A DNA stretch of 64,000 bases from Clostridiales bacterium (GCA_003523255.1 DPGH01000012.1:118759-182758), one strand, 5' to 3'. Positions 47,851 through 58,364 are shown, counted from the first letter of the stretch. Notes: generated by a model not told the origin, from the sequence alone. Made by a program: numbers and translations.

Positions 47851-49533
47851 TTATTTTTTGTCAAAGCAGTCGCAACGATGCGTGCCGACGTAGCCCGTGT
47901 CTTTGCATTTTTCGCAAACGTAAACGGGGGTAAGGTCTTTCGTTTTAAGTCCTATCGAAGCGAGTTTTTTCTCGATTTCCGCGTTCAATTGCGCTTTTTC
48001 AGATTCCAACGCGGCAAGTTTGTCGTTTTGACCGGAAATTTCCGCAAAAGCAAGGTCTTTTTCTATGCTGAACGTTCTTTCGTAGTCGGCGGCAAAACCT
48101 TCTATTTCCATTGCCACGTCTAAATTCTTTTGCGCGACGGAAGCGGCTTTCGCGCGGCGTTTTTCGTATTCGCGGTTGTAAGCCTCCGGCGATAGTTCTC
48201 CGTCGAAAGATGACTTTTCGGTTATCGATTCCGCGGTAAATACGCCTTTGTTTTTCCAGTTTGACAAAACTCCGTTCACGTACGCTACGGGCGAATTTTT
48301 GCCCGCGGCGAGTTTTGCCGCTTCTAAAATCATATCCTCGCCGAAATTCCAACTTTTCCACGTGGCAAGATTTTCTCTGTCCCACGCGTTGGGTCTGCGA
48401 TTTACGCCCGCCGTCGCAAGGAATTTCGAAATAAATTCGTCCGCGATTTTAAGCGAACCGAAATAGTCGCTTACGCTCGATAAATCTATAAATCCGCGTT
48501 CTCTTAAATACTCTATAAGTTCATCCATGGCTTTAAGAGAGTTCTTGCCCGATTTAAAACATTCGGATGCGATAAACAAAAGCGTTTCGTCCGAATAGCC
48601 GTAAGAAAGCCATTTGTTGGTATATACGTCTATTACCGTTTCCATAACCTCGGTGTATACCGAAAGCGTTTTGTTTATCTTTATCGCAAGGTCGTAAACC
48701 GCTTGTTTTTTATCGAAATAACCTTTCATTTCGCTTACGGAAAAACATTTTACCGAATATAATTCGTTAAGCAGACGGTCGAGCGTTTCCATGCCGCCTT
48801 TTTTTACTTTGCTTGCGGCAAACGTAATCGCTTCCGTTTCGAACCCAAGGTCGCCGGTCCATTTTTTATAAAAATTCAAATCTTCGATTTCGGGCTTGCG
48901 TTTAAGCGAAAGCGCTTTGAAAATCTTTTCTATTTCCGCCGTACGCAAAACGTAAGAAGAAAGTTCTTTTTCAACCTTTTCTACGGTAACAACGCCTTTT
49001 TCGGCAAAATTTTTCGCCACGCGCGTTATATACTTATAGCCGATATCCGAGCCTTTAAGGTCAACGCAATAATTGACTATCATAATCATCGCTTCGGGCT
49101 TTATGCCGTACGTTTCCATCACGTTAAAGTATTCCGTGTATTCGTTCGTGCCTATCATGCGCGAAGATACCGCCTGTTGCACGGCTTTGGTAAACTCGGA
49201 GTATTTTTCGGTTTTGTATTTTCTCGGTTTTGAAAGAGAAGTCGCTTTCACCGGGAAGTATTCTACGGAAAGCGGGTCAGAGGAAAGCACGGAAACCAAG
49301 CCGAATTCTTCCCAGTACTTAAAGCAAGAAAGAACTTCTTCTTCAGAAAGTTTAAGGGTATCCGCAACGTCTTTAACAGACCTGTCGCCACGGTCGAATT
49401 TGCATAAATATAAACCGTAAAGGTAGACTTTAACCGCTTCTCCCGAAGAGAAAGGCATGTATTGACAGATAAATACGTTTTCTACGTCGGTAAATGCCGA
49501 CGACGTAAAATCTTTAGAATAAAAACAGGTCAT
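47851..49533 (-). CDS. DnaD-domain protein (replication initiation/membrane attachment, Bacillus DnaB-like) with C-terminal Cys cluster
   Basis: N-terminal winged-helix DnaD-like region and repeated DnaD-like C-domains. C-terminus VCEKCKDTGYVGTHRCDCFDKK. Start set to the MTCFY Met (49533), which has a GGAGAG SD. Confidence 0.6.
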   Translation of the reverse strand: MTCFYSKDFTSSAFTDVENVFICQYMPFSSGEAVKVYLYGLYLCKFDRGDRSVKDVADTLKLSEEEVLSCFKYWEEFGLVSVLSSDPLSVEYFPVKATSLSKPRKYKTEKYSEFTKAVQQAVSSRMIGTNEYTEYFNVMETYGIKPEAMIMIVNYCVDLKGSDIGYKYITRVAKNFAEKGVVTVEKVEKELSSYVLRTAEIEKIFKALSLKRKPEIEDLNFYKKWTGDLGFETEAITFAASKVKKGGMETLDRLLNELYSVKCFSVSEMKGYFDKKQAVYDLAIKINKTLSVYTEVMETVIDVYTNKWLSYGYSDETLLFIASECFKSGKNSLKAMDELIEYLRERGFIDLSSVSDYFGSLKIADEFISKFLATAGVNRRPNAWDRENLATWKSWNFGEDMILEAAKLAAGKNSPVAYVNGVLSNWKNKGVFTAESITEKSSFDGELSPEAYNREYEKRRAKAASVAQKNLDVAMEIEGFAADYERTFSIEKDLAFAEISGQNDKLAALESEKAQLNAEIEKKLASIGLKTKDLTPVYVCEKCKDTGYVGTHRCDCFDKK

Positions 49534-49742
49534 AAAATAACGCTCTCCGTAAAGCAAATCTTAAAAACGCTTGCTTTGGCGAATATATTGTTATATAATA
49601 TTATTTAAGTTATATCTACATATTCGGGTAGTATAACCATAACGCCGTATATCGACATTATAAACGAATAAACGTAAAAAATCAACCTTTATAAACGGCT
49701 CTTTTAAAAAACGGCGCATCGCGCCGTAGCCGACGGAGTAAC

Positions 49743-51428
49743 ATGGCAAGCGAAATTCTTACGCCCGCGCTCGTGTGGGAGGATTTTAAAATAGAACACT
49801 CTCCCGAACCGGAACTTATAGCCGAATATAAAAACGACGGCGTTACCGTAACGCGTTTCACCCTCCGCGGGAGAAGCGTAAAAGGCGGCGACGTTAAAAT
49901 TTACTGCGCCCTCGCGCGGGACGAAAGTCTTGAAAAAAGCCCGGGCGTTTTCGTCGTACAAGATTTTGCGGACGGCGCGGACGAAACGTTTATAACGTTT
50001 CTCGCACGCAAAGGTTTTACCGCGCTCGTTTTCGATCTGGCGGGGAGCGTAGGCGACAGGGGTAACAGAACCGTTTACCCCGACAGCGTTTCTTACGCGA
50101 ATTACGCTAATTGTAAAGATTCGATTTTGACCGTAAACGGTAGTATAAAAGATACGTGCTGGTACGAATGGGGTGTTGCGGCAAGGTATGCGTTCGATTA
50201 CCTCGCTTCGTTACCTTTTGTTACTGGTATAGGCGGAATAGGCACGGGAGAAGCGGCTACCGTATTGTGGCATCTCGCCGCGACGGAAAAACGCTTGAAA
50301 TGCGCCGCATTCGTTAAAAATTGCGGTTGGCTCGCTTATTCCGGCAGATTTAAATTCAGCGGAATTCCGGACGCGGATTTCAACGACGAAACTTTAAAAT
50401 TCGTTGCGGGGGTAGAGCCGCAAACTTACGCCGCGCATATCACTTGCCCGACGATGCTTTTGGTGCCGACGAATTGCAAGCGTTTCGACGCGGACAGGGC
50501 GTGCGATACCCTTTCCCGCATAAAAGACGGGATTTATTGCTTTTTAGACTACTCGGTCAAGTTCAGAGATTCCGTCTCGCATGACGAACTTAAAAACTGC
50601 GAGTTGTTTTTCGATAAATTTTTATGCGGCAAGTCCGTTGATTTACCGTCAAAAGCGGAAATATACGGCGAAGCGGAAAACGGCAAACTCAAAATAAGCG
50701 TTTCGCCGGACGAAAAAGAACTTGCGGGCGTTTCCGTTTACGTTGCGGAGGGTGTGGTAGACCCCGCGCTTCGGTCATGGAGAGAGATAAAAGAATTTTC
50801 GGTTACGGACGACGGAAAACACGTTTTCTGTTACGCTCCATATTCCGGCTCGGGTATCGTAACGTTTTTCGCGCGGATGCGATACAAAAACGGCGCGACC
50901 GTAGGAACGCCTGTGCTTTGTAAAAAGTTTTCCGAAAGCGAAGCCTCTCTTAAATATAAAAGCAACGTTATATATTCGTCGAGAGAATGCGAAACGGAAG
51001 GCGTTTTCGGCGCGGCTACGAGCGGCGTGCCCGCTCCGATAGATATAGATCTTTTTCCGGATAACGTCGTCGCGGTAGGCGAGGGACCTTGCGGAATAAA
51101 AGGCGTGAGGTGTACCGGCGGTTTGCTTACGTTTGCCGTCGGCGCGGAGAGATACCGTCCTTCGGAAGAGGCAAGCATACTTTTAGACGCGTACGTTAAA
51201 GAAGATTCGGTTTTATCCGCAAGCGTTTACACGGACTTTTTCGGTAACCGCGTCGAATACGTCGCACGGTTAAAATTACGCGGCGGCAACATCTGGCATA
51301 ACGTAAAGTTTTCGAGAACGGATTTTAAAACCGCCGAAGGCAGACCTCTTAAAAACTTCGATAGTATTCAGGGGCTTAAAATTGACGCCGTAGGGGAATA
51401 CTTGATTAACAACGTGTTGTGGGTGTAA
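49743..51428 (+). CDS. Hypothetical protein, N-terminal alpha/beta-hydrolase-like fold (no canonical GxSxG), 561 aa
   Basis: Weak resemblance to acetyl-xylan-esterase/dienelactone-hydrolase-type folds (GVFVVQDFADGADE...LVFDLAG). Catalytic nucleophile motif not evident. Confidence 0.35.
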   Translation: MASEILTPALVWEDFKIEHSPEPELIAEYKNDGVTVTRFTLRGRSVKGGDVKIYCALARDESLEKSPGVFVVQDFADGADETFITFLARKGFTALVFDLAGSVGDRGNRTVYPDSVSYANYANCKDSILTVNGSIKDTCWYEWGVAARYAFDYLASLPFVTGIGGIGTGEAATVLWHLAATEKRLKCAAFVKNCGWLAYSGRFKFSGIPDADFNDETLKFVAGVEPQTYAAHITCPTMLLVPTNCKRFDADRACDTLSRIKDGIYCFLDYSVKFRDSVSHDELKNCELFFDKFLCGKSVDLPSKAEIYGEAENGKLKISVSPDEKELAGVSVYVAEGVVDPALRSWREIKEFSVTDDGKHVFCYAPYSGSGIVTFFARMRYKNGATVGTPVLCKKFSESEASLKYKSNVIYSSRECETEGVFGAATSGVPAPIDIDLFPDNVVAVGEGPCGIKGVRCTGGLLTFAVGAERYRPSEEASILLDAYVKEDSVLSASVYTDFFGNRVEYVARLKLRGGNIWHNVKFSRTDFKTAEGRPLKNFDSIQGLKIDAVGEYLINNVLWV

Positions 51429-51442
51429 AGGCTTTCGGTAAA

Positions 51443-52030
51443 ATGTATTATAAAATTCGCAACAGTCTTATCGAGGACGAGCAAAAAGAAATTAAATCCG
51501 ATTTGCGTTTTCTGGCGATTATCGGCGTCCTTACGGCGATTTTTTTCGCTATAGTCATTGTTTTTAACGAGGTTTTTATAACCGTAACGGTAGACGGACC
51601 TTCTATGCAACCTAATTATTATACGGGGGACGTGCTTTTGGTAAACAAAGCCAAAACGCCCGAATACGGCGATGTGGTGATAGTTGACCTCGGCGAAAAA
51701 TGGCTTATAAAACGCGTAGTCGCAAAGGGCGGAGATACGGTTGAATTAAAAGACGGGTACGTATACAGAAACGGCGAAAAACTTATAGAAGATTACGTTA
51801 AAGAGCAGGGCAAAACCATTCGCGAAACGTTAGGCGATAAGTTCGTTTTGGGTAAAGACGAGATTTTTTATCTCGGCGATAACCGTGCGGAAAGCAGAGA
51901 CGCGAGACATTACGGCGCGTGTACTACGGGTGAAATCGTCGGCGTAGTTGAAAACGATTATCCTTTCGTATTGAAATTCGGAACGTTTTTGCGTAAACTG
52001 TTTTACGGTTTTACTTACGTAAAGGATTAA
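51443..52030 (+). CDS. lepB: Signal peptidase I (S26 family)
   Basis: GPSMQP (Ser nucleophile), IKRVVAKGGD (Lys box), GDNRAESRDAR box. An alternative GTG start at 51419 overlaps the upstream gene. Confidence 0.85.
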   Translation: MYYKIRNSLIEDEQKEIKSDLRFLAIIGVLTAIFFAIVIVFNEVFITVTVDGPSMQPNYYTGDVLLVNKAKTPEYGDVVIVDLGEKWLIKRVVAKGGDTVELKDGYVYRNGEKLIEDYVKEQGKTIRETLGDKFVLGKDEIFYLGDNRAESRDARHYGACTTGEIVGVVENDYPFVLKFGTFLRKLFYGFTYVKD

Positions 52031-52049
52031 CTAACGGAGAAAAGTAAAA

Positions 52050-52547
52050 GTGTTGCAACCTAAAAACCGACTCGTTTTCGGGGTCGTAAAAGGCGCCGTT
52101 AAAGGCGTGTTGAAAGCGATATATAAAGTGTTGTCAGTATTTAATCTGCACTTTACGCTTTTTCTTGCCGTTTTAGGTTTGATACTTTATCTTACGGGTA
52201 CGTTTGAAAAGGGCGGCGCGCTTTTGATATGTTACGTGTTGCTTTTGATTTTGTCGGTTATATTCGCGCTTTTTTCTACGATAAAAAAGGTTTTTAAAAT
52301 CGGCAAAAAGAAAGGTGGCGGCGTTACGATAGTTAATACCGATAGCGAAACCGAGAACGAAAACGTGGGAGTCCCGCACGAAGAGAAAAAAACATATTCG
52401 GGCGAGTCGAGAGAAGAATGCGAGCCGCGTTATTACAGGGTAAAGCAAGACCCGCGCTGTATTATGGCAGAGTACCCCGACAGGTACGTTTTGTATCGCA
52501 AAACAGAAAACGGGCTGAAAAGGATACGCACCGACTACAAAAGATAA
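52050..52547 (+). CDS. Hypothetical small membrane protein
   Basis: Two TM segments then a charged tail. GTG start after a GGAGAAAAG SD. Confidence 0.4.
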   Translation: MLQPKNRLVFGVVKGAVKGVLKAIYKVLSVFNLHFTLFLAVLGLILYLTGTFEKGGALLICYVLLLILSVIFALFSTIKKVFKIGKKKGGGVTIVNTDSETENENVGVPHEEKKTYSGESREECEPRYYRVKQDPRCIMAEYPDRYVLYRKTENGLKRIRTDYKR

Positions 52548-52558
52548 AAAGAGGACTT

Positions 52559-53083
52559 ATGACCGAGTATTTTAAGACGGAATATTACGAACAGGCTAAA
52601 AGACAACGTAAAAAAGTGCTGGCTATATATTTTATCGTTTTTGCCGTTTATCTGGCGGCAAGCGGGGTATTGCTCGGTTATTACGTTACGCTTACCTATC
52701 AATCGCCGAAAATCACCGTGGTAAAACTTATCGAATATCCCCTTACCGCGGTTTTTATAGTTTTTTCTTTTATCTATCTCGGCATTGCCGTAAGAAGGGT
52801 AAATAAATTTTACGCTATGTGCGTTAATATCATTACGGGGTTAAAAGAGACTTCCGAAGCGAACTTTTTCGAGTATGACGAAACTTTGACGGAAAAAGAC
52901 GGCGTGGATATGAAGTCGCTCGTATTTCTCGAATGGAACAAGTATAAAAAAGGCTATTACGAAAGAAAAGTTCTCGTTTTTTACGAAAAAGAATTTCCCG
53001 AGATACCCGAGGGGTCGGGCGTTAGGTTTATAACGCAGGGCAACGTTCTCGTGTCTTACGAAATTTTAGACGAAACCGTATAA
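52559..53083 (+). CDS. Hypothetical membrane protein (2 TM + cytoplasmic domain)
   Basis: ATG at 52559 behind an AGAGGA SD. The ORF-track start at 52418 overlaps the previous gene in another frame and is rejected. Confidence 0.45.
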   Translation: MTEYFKTEYYEQAKRQRKKVLAIYFIVFAVYLAASGVLLGYYVTLTYQSPKITVVKLIEYPLTAVFIVFSFIYLGIAVRRVNKFYAMCVNIITGLKETSEANFFEYDETLTEKDGVDMKSLVFLEWNKYKKGYYERKVLVFYEKEFPEIPEGSGVRFITQGNVLVSYEILDETV

Positions 53084-53121
53084 AAACGCGGCGCTACATA
53101 AAAATCTTAAAGGAGAAAAAC

Positions 53122-54873
53122 ATGACTTTAAAATACGACTGGAATACGCAGGAAATTTACGAAAACGCGGAAGCGTGGAACAAAGACTACGATACGGTTA
53201 AAAACGGAGCCGATTTTTCGGAGTTTAAAGGCAAACTCGGAGATGCCGAGCAATTTTTGCTCTGTATGAAAAAACAGGAAAAATTCGGTAGAATTCTTGA
53301 GAAGTTAAGCGTTTACGCCATGATGAAGCACGACGAAAACACGAAAGATTCGCTTGCGGATTCGCTTTATTCGCGCGTATCTTCGCTCGCTTCGGATTTT
53401 TCCGCGGCGGCGGCGTTTATCGTGCCCGAACTTACCGCGCTTCCAGAAGAAACGCTTAAAAGTTATATCGCAAACGAAAAATTTTCCGCATACGATTATT
53501 CGCTAAAATGTATATTAAAATCCAAACAACACGTTTTAAGCGAAAACGAAGAAAAAATACTTGCTATGGCGGGTGAAACTTTCGGTTCGTTCCGCGATAT
53601 CTTTACTAAAACGGACAACGCCGACCTTAACGCCGGCAGTATAAAAAAAGACGGTAAAAACGTTAAACTTACCCACGGCATGTACGGCGTTTTGATGCAG
53701 GACAAAGACCGCGATATAAGACGGAAAACTTTCCGTAAATATTATAAAGCGTATACTTCGCTTATAAACACCATATCCGCAACATATTACGGCAGCGTTA
53801 AAAAAGACGTGCTCGTTGCAAAGGTTAAAAAATATCCGTCCGCTCTCGCAATGGCGCTCGATTCCGAAGACGTGGACGTAAAGGTTTACGAAAACCTTAT
53901 TTCTTCCGTGCATCGCGCGTTTCCGCTTTTGCACCGCTATATGGCTGAAAAGAAAAAAATACTCGGTTACGACGAAATGCATATGTACGACATGTACGTT
54001 CCCGCAACCGAGGGAAAAGATATTAAACTTCCGTACGAAAAGGCTTACGACCTCGTTATAGAGGGACTTTCGGTATTCGGGGACGAATACGCGAATCTTC
54101 TTAAACGGGCGAGAGAAGAACGCTGGATAGACGTATACGAAAAGGACGGCAAAAAGAGCGGCGCGTACAGCGTAGCGGTTTACGACACGCACCCCTACGT
54201 ACTTTTAAACTATCAGCAAACCACGCACGAGATTTTTACCATCGCGCACGAGATGGGGCATAGCATTCACTCGTATTTTTCCAACAAAAATCAGCCGTAC
54301 GATAAATCCGATTATAAGATATTCGTGGCGGAAGTTGCGAGCACCGTGAACGAAGTGCTTCTCGTCAAATACTTGTTAAAGAAAGAAAAAGACGTTAAAA
54401 CCAGAAAGTTTTTACTTTCTTATTTCCTTGAAATGCTTCGCACCACCCTATTCCGTCAGACACAGTTCGCCGAGTTTGAAGAATTTTCGCATTCTTCGGT
54501 AGAAAAGGGCGAGCCGCTTACAAAAGAAAGCATGTGCGCGGAATATTTAAGACTTAATAAAGAATATTACGGAGACGCCGTCGTTTCAGACGACGAAATA
54601 AAGTACGAATGGGCAAGAATTCCGCATTTTTACCGCGCGTTTTACGTTTATAAATACGCGACGGGTATAATCAGCGCGACCGCAATCGTGAGGCGGATAC
54701 TTACCGAGGGCGAACCCGCCGTTAAAGATTATTTTAAGTTTTTGTCCTCCGGCAATTCTGCGGGACCTGTAGAACTTCTTAAAATCGCGGGTGCGGATTT
54801 AACTAAGGACGAACCCTTTAACGCGGCGTTCAAGGAGTTTGAGGACGCGCTTGAGGAATTTTGTAAACTATAA
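53122..54873 (+). CDS. pepF: Oligoendopeptidase F (M3B)
   Basis: HEMGH zinc motif (TIAHEMGHSIHSYF), 583 aa. Confidence 0.88.
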   Translation: MTLKYDWNTQEIYENAEAWNKDYDTVKNGADFSEFKGKLGDAEQFLLCMKKQEKFGRILEKLSVYAMMKHDENTKDSLADSLYSRVSSLASDFSAAAAFIVPELTALPEETLKSYIANEKFSAYDYSLKCILKSKQHVLSENEEKILAMAGETFGSFRDIFTKTDNADLNAGSIKKDGKNVKLTHGMYGVLMQDKDRDIRRKTFRKYYKAYTSLINTISATYYGSVKKDVLVAKVKKYPSALAMALDSEDVDVKVYENLISSVHRAFPLLHRYMAEKKKILGYDEMHMYDMYVPATEGKDIKLPYEKAYDLVIEGLSVFGDEYANLLKRAREERWIDVYEKDGKKSGAYSVAVYDTHPYVLLNYQQTTHEIFTIAHEMGHSIHSYFSNKNQPYDKSDYKIFVAEVASTVNEVLLVKYLLKKEKDVKTRKFLLSYFLEMLRTTLFRQTQFAEFEEFSHSSVEKGEPLTKESMCAEYLRLNKEYYGDAVVSDDEIKYEWARIPHFYRAFYVYKYATGIISATAIVRRILTEGEPAVKDYFKFLSSGNSAGPVELLKIAGADLTKDEPFNAAFKEFEDALEEFCKL

Positions 54874-54908
54874 TCTATTATTACCTAAAGAAAACAGGAT
54901 AATCACAG

Positions 54909-56420
54909 ATGGAAAAAACCAAAGTAACGGAAAAACTTAAAACTTACGGAGAAATGCCGCACAGTTTAGAGGCGGAACAAGCGCTTCTCGGCTGTATGCT
55001 GATGGACCCCGTTTTGCAAGTGGAAGTTTCTTCTTTCGTAAGAGAAGAGGATTTTTTCGCCGAGTCGCATAAATATATATTTAACGCGATGATAGGGCTT
55101 ATAAAGAACAATCAGCCGGTAGATCTCGTTACGCTTACCGACAAACTCGAAAAAGAGGGCTGGCTTGAACAGGCGGGCGGAATAACGTATATAAGCGGAC
55201 TTACCAACGTTTTGCCTTCCGCCGCTAATTATAAGCGGTATCTCGATATCGTTACGAGAGACAGCATGTTGCGTAAACTTATCTCGGGCGCTTCGGAAAT
55301 AATCGAGGAAAGCAGAAAAAGCACGGATAAAATAGCCGCGCTCGCTTTTGCGGAAAAAACGGTTTTCGATATTTCTAATACGGCGGATACGAGCACGATG
55401 GTAAAAATCGGCTCGATTATACCCGACGTAATGACTCGTTTCGACGAATTGTCTAAAGACAAATCGTCTTATCGCGGCATAAAAACGCAGTTCCGCGGCA
55501 TAGATAATCTGCTTAACGGTTTGCACGGCAGCGACCTTATCGTTTTAGCGGCGCGCCCGGCCGTAGGTAAAACGTCGTTTGCGATGAATATTGTTGAAAA
55601 CGTCGCGTTGCAGGGCTATTCCTGTGCCGTTTTCTCTCTTGAAATGGGCAAAGAGCAACTCGTGCAGAGAATGATGTGCTCGGTCGCCGGGGTCAGCATG
55701 GAACATGCCCTTAAAGGCACCATGAACAAAATGGAATGGCTTAAAATCGCGAAGGCGAGAGAACTCCTCGGCAGTGCGAAGATTTTTATAGACGATTCCG
55801 CGGCGGTAACCCCGCAGGAGTTGTTGTCCAAATGCCGCAGACTAAAACGCAAAAGCGGTTTAGACCTCGTTATGGTCGATTACATACAGTTAATGTCGTC
55901 GGGGTCGAAACGCAAAGACGATAACCGTCAGCAGGAAATAACCGAAATTTCGAGAAACCTTAAAATAATGGCGAAAGAACTTAACGTTCCCGTAATCGCA
56001 TTGTCTCAGCTTTCTCGTCAGGTAGAAGCGAGAAAGGGCAGACCTCAACTTTCGGATTTAAGAGAGTCGGGCGCAATAGAGCAGGACGCGGATATAGTTA
56101 TGTTTATTCACCGTCCGGATAAAAACGCGACGGAAAAAGAACTTGCCGAAGGCAAAATCAAAAAGAACGTTGCCGAAATTATAGTCGAAAAACACAGAAA
56201 CGGTCCGCAAGGGCTTGTCGAACTGTTCTTTAAGGGCGAATGTACTAAGTTCGTCAACTTAAACGAGTCGGGTGAACCCGAAGGCACGAAAGAGGAAACT
56301 TCCGCTCCGCAACGCGCGGGGGTTGCGGAGGCAGAAGATTTGCCTTTTGAAAACGCGCCGGACGATTCGCCGCTACCGGAGGAGCCGCCGACAACCGTAG
56401 ACGACGAATTATTCGAATAA
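54909..56420 (+). CDS. dnaB: Replicative DNA helicase (DnaB family; DnaC in Bacillus nomenclature) with acidic C-terminal extension
   Basis: N-terminal AEQALLGCMLMDP, Walker A ARPAVGKTSFAMNI, RecA-fold H2/H3/H4 motifs. About 50-aa Pro/Glu/Asp-rich tail. Confidence 0.92.
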   Translation: MEKTKVTEKLKTYGEMPHSLEAEQALLGCMLMDPVLQVEVSSFVREEDFFAESHKYIFNAMIGLIKNNQPVDLVTLTDKLEKEGWLEQAGGITYISGLTNVLPSAANYKRYLDIVTRDSMLRKLISGASEIIEESRKSTDKIAALAFAEKTVFDISNTADTSTMVKIGSIIPDVMTRFDELSKDKSSYRGIKTQFRGIDNLLNGLHGSDLIVLAARPAVGKTSFAMNIVENVALQGYSCAVFSLEMGKEQLVQRMMCSVAGVSMEHALKGTMNKMEWLKIAKARELLGSAKIFIDDSAAVTPQELLSKCRRLKRKSGLDLVMVDYIQLMSSGSKRKDDNRQQEITEISRNLKIMAKELNVPVIALSQLSRQVEARKGRPQLSDLRESGAIEQDADIVMFIHRPDKNATEKELAEGKIKKNVAEIIVEKHRNGPQGLVELFFKGECTKFVNLNESGEPEGTKEETSAPQRAGVAEAEDLPFENAPDDSPLPEEPPTTVDDELFE

Positions 56421-57409
56421 TGATAACCGAGATTTTACCGGTAACCGACGAAAGCGTTGCCGAGGCTGTGAAAATTTTAAAGGGCGGCGGAGTTATAGGC
56501 ATGCCGACCGAAACCGTATACGGTTTGGCGGCAATCGGAACCATTCCCGACGCCGTAAAAAAAATTTACGAAATAAAGGGCAGACCGTCCGATAATCCGC
56601 TTATCGCACACGTGCACGAAAATTACGATATAGAAAAACTCGTGCGGGTGGATAACGATTACGCTTACGAGTTGAAAAAACGGTTTACGCCAGGTCCGCT
56701 GACCATGGTTTTTTACAGTAAAGGCGTGGTTTGTAAAGAAGCGGTTTGCGGCGGAGATACGCTCGCCGTGAGAATACCTTCTCACAAGGGCGCGCAAAAA
56801 CTGCTTTCCGCGGTGAACGAGCCGATAGTTGCGCCGAGCGCGAACGTGTCTAAACATACAAGCCCCGTTACGGCTCGGCAGGTATACGACGATTTGAACG
56901 GTAAACTGTCGCTGATACTCGACGGCGGCAAATGTTCGGGCGGGATAGAAAGCACCGTTTTAGACGTAACGGGACCGGTTCCGCGCATATTGCGCCCCGG
57001 GCTTATCACGAGAGAAATGATAGAAAGCGTTACGGGCGCTTGCGAAATAGCGGAACATAAACAAACGGACAAAGTTCGTTCGCCCGGCGTAAAATACAGA
57101 CATTATCGTCCCAAATGCGAAACCGCCTTGTTTTCTGAGGATTGCCTTAGCGGTGCGGTTAATTTGTATAACGAAACGTTTGCGCAAGGCAAAACGCCGT
57201 ACATAATGTGTTCGGACGCGGTTGCGGAGAGCCTTGCCGGTAAAAACCTTTTAAGACTCGGAAACACCGGCGAAGAAATGGCGGCGAACTTATACGACAA
57301 ACTGTTAGAGGGCGAAAAAAAAGCCGATATAATTATAGCCGTATATACCGAGAGAACGGACGGCGTTTATCTCGGCGTAACCAACAGAATAAGGAAATCT
57401 TGCGGATGA
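56420..57409 (+). CDS. tsaC: L-threonylcarbamoyladenylate synthase (TsaC/YwlC/Sua5 family)
   Basis: GMPTETVYGLAAIG and KGRPSDNPLIAHV YrdC-domain motifs plus a Sua5 C-terminal domain. Confidence 0.88.
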   Translation: MITEILPVTDESVAEAVKILKGGGVIGMPTETVYGLAAIGTIPDAVKKIYEIKGRPSDNPLIAHVHENYDIEKLVRVDNDYAYELKKRFTPGPLTMVFYSKGVVCKEAVCGGDTLAVRIPSHKGAQKLLSAVNEPIVAPSANVSKHTSPVTARQVYDDLNGKLSLILDGGKCSGGIESTVLDVTGPVPRILRPGLITREMIESVTGACEIAEHKQTDKVRSPGVKYRHYRPKCETALFSEDCLSGAVNLYNETFAQGKTPYIMCSDAVAESLAGKNLLRLGNTGEEMAANLYDKLLEGEKKADIIIAVYTERTDGVYLGVTNRIRKSCG

Positions 57410-57876
57410 AAAAAATTCTTTTCGTGTGTACGGGCAACACTTGCCGCAGTCCTATGGCGGAAGTTATACTGAAAGCCAAAATAAAAAACGCAGGCGTTAA
57501 AGGCGTAAGGGTATCGAGCGCGGGACTTTCCGCCGAGACCGGCGGTAAAATGAGCAAAAACTCTATAACCGCGCTTAAGAATTTGGGATACGCGCCGCGC
57601 GGTTTCAAATCTAAACCCGCCGACGCGAAAACGCTTTTGTCAAGCGACATTATCGTTTGCATGACGGCGGAGCACAAAAACAGAATAAAAAACTTTCCGG
57701 GTACGGTTACCGTCAGAGAACTTACAGGTTTTTGCGACATATCGGACCCGTACGGCGCGGGGCTTGACGAATATGTTAAAACCTCGCACGAAATAGAAGA
57801 CGTTTGCAATATAATCGTAGAAAAAATAATATCAGGCGAGTTATGGACTTTGCCCGAAAGCGATAAAATCGTTTAG
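57400..57876 (+). CDS. ywlE: Low-molecular-weight protein phosphatase (YwlE-like protein-arginine phosphatase / LMW-PTP)
   Basis: P-loop CTGNTCRSPMAE and a DPYG motif. Synteny ywlC-ywlE-rpiB(ywlF). Confidence 0.85.
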   Translation: MRMKKILFVCTGNTCRSPMAEVILKAKIKNAGVKGVRVSSAGLSAETGGKMSKNSITALKNLGYAPRGFKSKPADAKTLLSSDIIVCMTAEHKNRIKNFPGTVTVRELTGFCDISDPYGAGLDEYVKTSHEIEDVCNIIVEKIISGELWTLPESDKIV

Positions 57877-57887
57877 GAGAATAGAAA

Positions 57888-58340
57888 ATGAAAATTGCTA
57901 TAGGTTGCGACCACGGCGGTATAAATCTTAAACCCGTCCTGCTCGCGCATTTGGACAAAAGAGGGATAGAATATCACGACTTCGGCTGTTATTCTAAAGA
58001 CTCCGTAGACTACAACGATTATGCGGAAAAAGTCGGCAAAGCGGTTGCCCGCGGCGAATACGACCTCGGCATATTGATTTGCGGAACGGGTATCGGCATG
58101 AGTATCGTCGCGAATAAAATAAAAGGCGTGCGTTGCGCGCATTGCCACGATGTTTTTTCGGCTAAAATGACAAAACTTCATAACGACGCCAACGTGCTTG
58201 CCTTCGGCGAAAGGGTGATAGGTCCGGGGCTTATGCTCGAAATCGTAGACGCTTTTATAAATACCGGGTTTTCGGGCGAAGAAAGGCACGTTCGCAGAGT
58301 CGATAAAATAAAAAAACTCGAAGACGAAAATTTTAAATAA
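57888..58340 (+). CDS. rpiB: Ribose-5-phosphate isomerase B
   Basis: MKIAIGCDHGG...ILICGTGIGMSIVANK RpiB/LacAB signature. Confidence 0.9.
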   Translation: MKIAIGCDHGGINLKPVLLAHLDKRGIEYHDFGCYSKDSVDYNDYAEKVGKAVARGEYDLGILICGTGIGMSIVANKIKGVRCAHCHDVFSAKMTKLHNDANVLAFGERVIGPGLMLEIVDAFINTGFSGEERHVRRVDKIKKLEDENFK

Positions 58341-58364
58341 ACGAAGGAATAAGGGAATTAGTTT

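Noticed and set aside
52418-52558. ORF-track start at 52418 giving a 221-aa protein overlapping the 52050 gene by 130 nt in another frame
   Set aside because: The overlap is implausibly long. An in-frame ATG at 52559 with an AGAGGA SD immediately follows the upstream stop.
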